Under the pieces are notes generated by a model that saw only the letters and a list, made by a program, of their open reading frames with translations, ran no database searches and was not told the origin of the DNA. Of a stretch of DNA of 64,000 bases, positions 58,333-64,000 are shown piece after piece. How positions within the stretch are numbered: position 1 is the stretch's first letter; every line of letters begins with the position of its first letter. Source of the stretch: Armatimonadota bacterium (GTDB lineage: Bacteria; Armatimonadota; UBA10988); the NCBI GenBank assembly GCA_016235455.1, contig JACRKZ010000069.1, positions 1 through 64,000 of the forward strand, given 5' to 3'. The position numbers and the translations under genes are program-made.

Positions 58333-58857
58333 ATGGACTGGAAGAGCCTGCTGGGCAGCCTGCTGGCCCGCGAGTACCGCGCGGCCGAGGGGTTGTTGGG
58401 CAAGTTGACCGACGCGGATCTGACCTGGAAGCCGGCGACCGAGAACAACTGGATGACCGCCGGGCAGTTGGCGCACCACGTGGGCGATGCCTGTGGGATG
58501 CTGTTCGTCGGTTTCATCAGCGGTCAGTGGCCCTGCCCCGAGGGCGTTGACCCAGAGAACATGAAGCCCGAAGACATGCTGCCGCCGGCCGAGAAGCTGC
58601 CGACGGTGGCGACCGTGGCCGAGGCGCTGGCGCGGCTGGCCGCTGATCGCGAAGCGGCGCTGGCGGCGTTGGCCGGGTGCGATGACAGCCGTTTCGGCGA
58701 TCCGACGCCGGCGGCCTGGGATCCGACGCCGATCCCGCTGGGCGAGCGGCTGCTGCAGGGCGTGGAGCATCTGGCCAGCCACAAGACGCAGTTGTTCTAC
58801 TACCTCAAGCTGCGCGGCGTGCCGGTGCACACCGGTGATCTGTGGGGCATGGCGTAG
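58333..58857 (+). CDS. DinB/YfiT superfamily protein
   Basis: LTWKP..MTAGQLAHH..EHLASHKTQLFYYLKLRG (His triad). Confidence 0.85.
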   Translation: MDWKSLLGSLLAREYRAAEGLLGKLTDADLTWKPATENNWMTAGQLAHHVGDACGMLFVGFISGQWPCPEGVDPENMKPEDMLPPAEKLPTVATVAEALARLAADREAALAALAGCDDSRFGDPTPAAWDPTPIPLGERLLQGVEHLASHKTQLFYYLKLRGVPVHTGDLWGMA

Positions 58858-61800
58858 CTACGGGTTGACCAGCCGCCCGTCGCCCGTACGCACGAGCCGC
58901 GTGGGGGCGACGGCGGCTGGCGCCAGCCCGGTCTGCGGGCGCGGGCTGCCCAGCACGACGCGGCCCGGCAGGGAGAGTGTCGGCGTCTGGGCGGGTGCCT
59001 GGGCCGGCAATATCACGCGGGTCATGGGGATGGGCAGCAGGTCGGCTGGCGGCGCGAGCGGGTCGAGCAGGCCCGACCAAGCGCCCCACAGGCCGGGCAT
59101 CACATCCACCGGGGCGGAGGCCAGGCGCGGCGTCTCGCCGTTGGTGGTCAGCCAGCCGGTGACCAGCGGCGCGAGCGGCGGCATGGGCGGCAGGCCCATG
59201 GCCAGCGCGATGCGGTCCGGCGTGATCATGTCCGGCTCGAGCGCCATGCCGCCGGCCGCCGGCTCGGTAAGCACGCCGAGCAGTGGGATGGTGGTCAGCG
59301 GCGGAGCGGCGGCCTGCGGCGCGTCCGTCGGGCGGAGCGGCGCCGCGGTGCGCACGGGCTGCGGCAGCGGCCGGGGCGGCGTCAGCCGGGCTGGGGCCTC
59401 GGCCGGCCGCGCCACCGGCGCCTCCGCCGGCTGTGCCAGAGGCAGGCTCGGCGGTTGCGGCGTCGGGCGGGCCGGCGGCTGCGCCGTGGGTTGGGTTGGC
59501 GGTGGAGCTGTGGGCGGTGCGACGGGCAGCGCGGTCGACCGGCTCGGCGACGCGACCACGGGAGCTTGCGCGGCGCGCGGCGCGACTGGCGTCGCCGGTG
59601 CCGGCAGGGCGCCTTGCGTGCGCGGCGTCGGGTCGGGGCGCGGCATGGGCTTGGGTTCGGGCGCGGCGGGCTTGGGCGCCGGGGGCTTCTCGCTGCCCAT
59701 TTGCTCCTGGCTGCGGATGTACTCGCGCAGCGCCGGGAACTCGGTATCCAACTGCTGCTGGCGCTGCTCGCTGATGTTGCGCAGTTGCTCCTCGGTGGTC
59801 ACCACGAACGGTGTAAGGAAGACCATCAGCTCGGTGCGCTCCTGGTGGTCCTTGGTGGAGCGGAAGAGCGGGCCGATGATGGGCAGGTCCTGGAGGAACG
59901 GCACGCCGGTGCGCTGCTTGTCCACCTTGTCGCGGATGATGCCACCGATGACCACCGTCTGGCCGCTTTCGACCATGACATCGGTGGTGGCGCGTCGCGT
60001 GGCGATGAGCGGCAGGTCGAAGTTGCCCTGCCTGACCGTGCCGGTCAGCTCATCGATCTGCTGGTCCACGCTGAGTGTGACCATCTGGCTGCCCAGGCTG
60101 ACGCGCGGCAAGACATCCAGCTTGACCACGATGTCTTTCAGATCGAAGTTGGCCACGACGTTGCCGTTGTTGCCTTCGCTCTGGCTGGAGGGGAACGGGA
60201 AGCGCTGGCCGATGCTGATGCTGGCCTGCTTGTTGTTCACGCCGGTGACGTGCGGCGTAGACAGCACCTTGACCCGCTGCTTGTCCGAGAGTGCCTTGAG
60301 CAGCGCCGAGAACTCGTCGTGGACCAGGGCGTAGCGGATGCCCTGGGTGACGTTCTGATTGAGGTTGAGGTTGGTCGCGGCGGTATCGCCCTTGAGCGGG
60401 GCGTGGGTCCACGACAGCTCCACGCCGAGGTTCTGCGTGTCGTTGAGCGTGACATCGGCGATGATCACCGAGATGTAGACCTGTGCCTGGGGCTGGTCTA
60501 GCCCAGACACGAGGCGGCGCACGGTGGGCAGCGACTCGGCGGGTCCGCTGACTATCAGCGAGTTGGATGTCTCTTCGGCCACGACGGTCACGTCGCGCAA
60601 CTGCTGCAGCGGGCTGTCGGTCGAGCGCTGGTCGCCGAACACGAAGAACATCCAGCCGCGGTCGTTGTTGCTGCCGCGCAGCAAGCGGCTCAGGCTGGCC
60701 TGTACGGTGGAAGCCTTGGCGAACTCGAGCGGGATGACCTCGACCACGTCCTGCACCTGGCTGGGCTGGTCCATGCTCTTGATCAGCTCCTCGTAGATGC
60801 GCTGATTCTCGGGCGTGGCGGTGATCAGCAGGCTGTTGGTGCGCAGGTCGGGCACCACCAGGTTCTCCTTGAGGCTGGTGAACCCGCGGTCGGGCTGATT
60901 CTCCTCGTTCTGGCCCCAGCGCCGGAACCAAGAGGGCATGCGGCTGGCGCCGCCTTCGGGCTGCTGGAAGAGCTGGTTGAGGCTGCTGGAGATCTGCGCC
61001 GCGTCGGCGAACTGGAGTTGGTAGCGCTTGAAGACCACCTGCCGGCTGACATCCTGGTCGAGCTGGGTGATGGTCTCGCGCAGCGTCTTGAGCGTCTCCG
61101 GCGGGCCGTAGAGCACCAGTGAGTTGGTGCGCACATCGGCCGTGATCTTGACGGTGTCCGTGGCCTTGATGCCGCCCGCCTGCAGCATCTGCATCATGCC
61201 TTCGCCGCCACCGGGCATGCCGCCCATGCCGCCGCGGCCTCCGCCTCCGCCCTGCAACTGCTGTCGCAGTGCGGCCAGCGGGTTGGCGAACATGTCGTTG
61301 AGCAGCTTCTGCACTTCGGTCGCGTTGGCGTGGACCAGGCGCACCACTTCCACGGCGCGGCGGTCGTCGGGCACCTTGTCGACCAGTGCGATGATCTCCA
61401 ACATGCGCTTGATGTTGATGCCGGTGTCGGTGATGACGAGGTTGTTCGAGTCCTCGAGCGTGACGATGCTGGCGTGTTCCTTGTTGAGCAGCGGCTTGAG
61501 GGTCTCGCCCAGCGTGCGTGCGGGCAGGTACTTGATTTCGACCACCTGGGTGACGATCTGGATGTTGGCCGGCACCGTGGCGGGGTCGTTGCCCTGCTGC
61601 ACGATGGTGCCCTGGTTGGCGGCGTCACGGCGCGGCCAGATCTCCAGGATCTTGGTCTTGTCGTCCAGCCCGCCGATCAGCGTGAAGCCATGCACGTTGA
61701 GTGCGGTGCGCATGATCTCCAGGCTCTCGGCCGGCGTGACTTCCTTGGCCGAGATGACTGTGATGCTGCCCTGCAGGCTGGGGTGGATGGCGATCGTCTT

Positions 61801-62199
61801 GCCCCAGATGGTGGACAGCGCGCGCAGTACGGCGCCGATATCGGCGTTCTCGAAGGTCATCGAGATGAGGCCCTTGGCCTCCTTGGGCAGGTTCTCGGGA
61901 TCGAACGGGCGTGTCTTGCCGCTGTTGCCAGGGCTGCCACCACTGTCCGGTGTCTTCTGCGGGCCGTCGGAGCCGGGCACCGGCGCGGCGCCGGGTGGCG
62001 GCGTCATACCGGGCGGCATGGTCATGCCCGGCGGCATGGTCATGCCCGGCGGCATGCCGGCGCCGTCTGGTCGACGTCGCCCGCTCCAGCCCCCCGGCGG
62101 CTGCGCCGCGACGGGCAGGGCCAGCGCGGCCATCAGCGTCACAGCGAGCCCTGCCCTCAGGACTCGTGTACGCCTGGTGTATGGACACTGCCTACCCAA
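58858..62199 (-). CDS. gspD: Type II secretion secretin GspD-like with long Pro-rich C-terminal extension (start uncertain, TTG 62199)
   Basis: ISMTFENADI (N0); repeated N-domains (DVRTNSL, DLRTNSL, EETSNSL); QVYISVIIADV; VLSTPHV; IVVKLDVLP; GVPFLQDLPIIGPLFR; ELMVFLTP. Confidence 0.9.
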   Translation of the reverse strand: MGRQCPYTRRTRVLRAGLAVTLMAALALPVAAQPPGGWSGRRRPDGAGMPPGMTMPPGMTMPPGMTPPPGAAPVPGSDGPQKTPDSGGSPGNSGKTRPFDPENLPKEAKGLISMTFENADIGAVLRALSTIWGKTIAIHPSLQGSITVISAKEVTPAESLEIMRTALNVHGFTLIGGLDDKTKILEIWPRRDAANQGTIVQQGNDPATVPANIQIVTQVVEIKYLPARTLGETLKPLLNKEHASIVTLEDSNNLVITDTGINIKRMLEIIALVDKVPDDRRAVEVVRLVHANATEVQKLLNDMFANPLAALRQQLQGGGGGRGGMGGMPGGGEGMMQMLQAGGIKATDTVKITADVRTNSLVLYGPPETLKTLRETITQLDQDVSRQVVFKRYQLQFADAAQISSSLNQLFQQPEGGASRMPSWFRRWGQNEENQPDRGFTSLKENLVVPDLRTNSLLITATPENQRIYEELIKSMDQPSQVQDVVEVIPLEFAKASTVQASLSRLLRGSNNDRGWMFFVFGDQRSTDSPLQQLRDVTVVAEETSNSLIVSGPAESLPTVRRLVSGLDQPQAQVYISVIIADVTLNDTQNLGVELSWTHAPLKGDTAATNLNLNQNVTQGIRYALVHDEFSALLKALSDKQRVKVLSTPHVTGVNNKQASISIGQRFPFPSSQSEGNNGNVVANFDLKDIVVKLDVLPRVSLGSQMVTLSVDQQIDELTGTVRQGNFDLPLIATRRATTDVMVESGQTVVIGGIIRDKVDKQRTGVPFLQDLPIIGPLFRSTKDHQERTELMVFLTPFVVTTEEQLRNISEQRQQQLDTEFPALREYIRSQEQMGSEKPPAPKPAAPEPKPMPRPDPTPRTQGALPAPATPVAPRAAQAPVVASPSRSTALPVAPPTAPPPTQPTAQPPARPTPQPPSLPLAQPAEAPVARPAEAPARLTPPRPLPQPVRTAAPLRPTDAPQAAAPPLTTIPLLGVLTEPAAGGMALEPDMITPDRIALAMGLPPMPPLAPLVTGWLTTNGETPRLASAPVDVMPGLWGAWSGLLDPLAPPADLLPIPMTRVILPAQAPAQTPTLSLPGRVVLGSPRPQTGLAPAAVAPTRLVRTGDGRLVNP
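62003..62056 (-). repeat. 3 x 18-bp coding tandem repeat (MPPGMT) in secretin N-terminus
   Basis: gtcataccgggcggcatg plus 2 x gtcatgcccggcggcatg. Confidence 0.8.
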
Positions 62200-62953
62200 C
62201 TTCGTCTCCCTCACCACCGTCACCACCCTCGTCACCGCCGGCTTTGGCGCCGCCGCCACCACCACCACCGTCGGAGTAGCCGCTCCTCAGCGGTTCGACT
62301 CTCCGCTTGTCACCCAGTTTCAGCGTCAGCGTCTTGCCCATCACCGGATCGGTGGCCGATAGGCCGACGCGGCCGGCTTTGGCGTCGATGTACGTCACCT
62401 GCCAGCCCCACGCCGACTCCCCGACACCCATGATGCGAGACGTGCCGTAGCGCGTGTTTTCGATGACCGCCTTGGTGCCGCCCAGCCGCATGATGCCCGT
62501 GAGGGCCAGGGGCGGCTTGGCGGCCGGCGGCGGCACCGCGGCGGGTGGCTGCGGCTTGACCGGCGGCTGCGTCACTGGGCGCGTCGGCCCGACGGGCAGC
62601 ACTGGTGGGATGATCGACGGGATCGGGCCCAGGTCGATCCTGGCTGACCGAGCCGGGCTGGCCGGCGTGCGCGTCGGCGCGGTGACCAACGGCGTGAACA
62701 GTTTGCGATCGACAATCAGCTTGTACTCGGGCGGGATGCTGCCGATGGGCAGCGAACTGACGAATGCCGAGGCTGGGGCCCGACTGGGAGTTGTGGCCGG
62801 CCCGACGGCCTTGTTGCCGGTGCCGGCTGGGCTGCGGGCCTCCAACGGCGGCTCTCCCGGTGCGTTGATGCGCCGCAGCGCGACGATGCAACCCATGCAC
62901 AGCAGCGCCGAGAAGACGGCCAGGATGACCAGATCGCGGTTGGTCACTTTCAT
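62192..62953 (-). CDS. GspC/PilP-like single-TM, Pro-rich T2SS accessory protein
   Basis: N-terminal TM; RKLFTP; Pro-rich linker; LALTGIM..AVIEN..VGESAWGWQVTYID. Lies directly before the secretin. Confidence 0.6.
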   Translation of the reverse strand: MKVTNRDLVILAVFSALLCMGCIVALRRINAPGEPPLEARSPAGTGNKAVGPATTPSRAPASAFVSSLPIGSIPPEYKLIVDRKLFTPLVTAPTRTPASPARSARIDLGPIPSIIPPVLPVGPTRPVTQPPVKPQPPAAVPPPAAKPPLALTGIMRLGGTKAVIENTRYGTSRIMGVGESAWGWQVTYIDAKAGRVGLSATDPVMGKTLTLKLGDKRRVEPLRSGYSDGGGGGGGAKAGGDEGGDGGEGDEVG

Positions 62954-63594
62954 GGCGTCTTCTCTCCCTCAGCAGCGCCAGCGGGGCCAGCGCTGGTGCT
63001 GCCGTTGGTCTTGCGCCGCTCGGCGGCCTTCTTGGCCTGGGCCTGGGCCAGTTCGCGCCGCGTCGCGCGGTCGGCGATGCCAAACGAGGTCAGCTGCACC
63101 TGCATGGTCAACGGCCGCTCGGCCGCGTCGCGCCGGCGCACGGTCAGCCGGTCGATGCCGACCACGTTGGCCGAGGCCTGGATCTGGGCCAGGAAGGCCA
63201 CCACGCCTTGCGTGTCGCCGGCCAGGTTGACCGTCACGCCGAACTTCAGCAGTCCGTCCTCGGTGAGCACCTCGGGCTTGGGCGCAACGCTTTCCACCTT
63301 CAACTGGCAGCCGGAAGCCAGACCCTCGAGCCGGCTGTAGAACGCCGCCGCGGCCATGCTGCGCTCGCCCGCCTCAAGTGGCATGCCGTAGGCGTCGAGC
63401 AGATCGCTCAGTTCGGCGCGGCCGCCACTGCGTTCGCGGATCTCTTTGTCCAGCCCGTCGGCCTCGGCGCGCAGCGTGGCGATCTCGTCGGCCATGCGTG
63501 TGTACGGGCCGAAGAGCGGTTCGCGGAGCAGGATCAGCCCCACGACCAACGAGGCGAGTAGCAGGGCCAGGTAGAGCGGAGTGCGTTCGCTCAT
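62950..63594 (-). CDS. PilO/GspM-like inner-membrane alignment protein
   Basis: TM plus coiled coil plus LEGLA..GLKV-like..VTVNLAGD..VVAFLAQIQ..VGIDRLTV ferredoxin-like pattern; ATGA-coupled to neighbours. Confidence 0.75.
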   Translation of the reverse strand: MSERTPLYLALLLASLVVGLILLREPLFGPYTRMADEIATLRAEADGLDKEIRERSGGRAELSDLLDAYGMPLEAGERSMAAAAFYSRLEGLASGCQLKVESVAPKPEVLTEDGLLKFGVTVNLAGDTQGVVAFLAQIQASANVVGIDRLTVRRRDAAERPLTMQVQLTSFGIADRATRRELAQAQAKKAAERRKTNGSTSAGPAGAAEGEKTP

Positions 63595-63998
63595 CGCCCG
63601 GCCTCCGCGCTCTTGGTCGCCTTCTTGGCGCGGTCCGCGCGCGCCGTGCAGGTCACCTGGAAGTTGTACAGGGTCTCCTTGCCCACGCTCACGGCGTCGT
63701 AGGAGTCCAGCCGCGCCGGCTCGAAACGGCCGGTGTCGTTGAGCGCGGTCATCACCGCGGTGACCAGGGCGGCGCCGCGGGCCTGGCCACGCAGCGTCAC
63801 GCCGCGCACGGCATCGCAGCTCCACTCCTCGAGGGCGACGCCGTCGGGCAGCCGCTCGGCCAGCTGGCGCAGCACATCCAGCCAGGCGCTCTGCGCGTGG
63901 ACGCGATCGCGTGTGGCGGCCAGCGTGTCGATGAACAGCGCCGATTCGCCGCCGGCCAGCTCGAGATTGGAGCGCAGGCGCTTGACCTTGGCCTCGGC
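63591..63998 (-). CDS. PilN/GspL-like protein, 5'-truncated by window edge
   Basis: Coiled coil, then WLDVLRQLAERLPDGVAL..VTLRGQA..F..NFQV; frame open to the window end. Confidence 0.75.
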   Translation of the reverse strand, partial: AEAKVKRLRSNLELAGGESALFIDTLAATRDRVHAQSAWLDVLRQLAERLPDGVALEEWSCDAVRGVTLRGQARGAALVTAVMTALNDTGRFEPARLDSYDAVSVGKETLYNFQVTCTARADRAKKATKSAEAGR

Positions 63999-64000
63999 CG

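Overview
Very GC-rich, gene-dense bacterial window. A prepilin/H-X9-DG (DUF1559-type) gene beginning [25 protein letters not shown] plus many large secreted CAZymes suggest Armatimonadota or a PVC-like lineage (inference). About 45 CDS: secreted glycan-processing proteins (DUF6259-like, GH5-like, beta-helix, GH43, GH2, GH106), MprF, a di-heme HZS-alpha-like/FGE-sulfatase fusion, an SDR-cupin-SDR block, an ECF sigma/ZAS anti-sigma/RseB-like operon led by a Cys/Met/Gly-tailed Spy/ZraP-like protein, three tandem Tat-exported Gfo/Idh/MocA paralogues, a degenerate PilB/GspE ATPase, an M64 peptidase with SprB-like repeats, a VOC-dhaK-dhaL-lsrF-Tat cupin isomerase operon, a propeller/di-heme cytochrome c plus Rid-family pair, a STAND-TPR protein with a broken Walker A, a corrinoid protein plus UroD/MtaA-thioredoxin fusion, and the end of a T2SS/T4P-like operon with a secretin. 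Two genes are frameshifted, one by a 23-bp tandem duplication and one by an apparent internal deletion. Three unrelated REP-like palindromic elements lie between genes. The best lead is a GGGAAC-N16/17-CGTCCCC motif upstream of both the ECF operon and the di-heme propeller gene 18 kb away, suggesting a metal/redox ECF regulon. No rRNA, tRNA, CRISPR array, transposase or prophage gene was recognised. All family calls come from motif recognition by eye, and many starts were re-chosen from the ORF track using RBS and signal-peptide logic.
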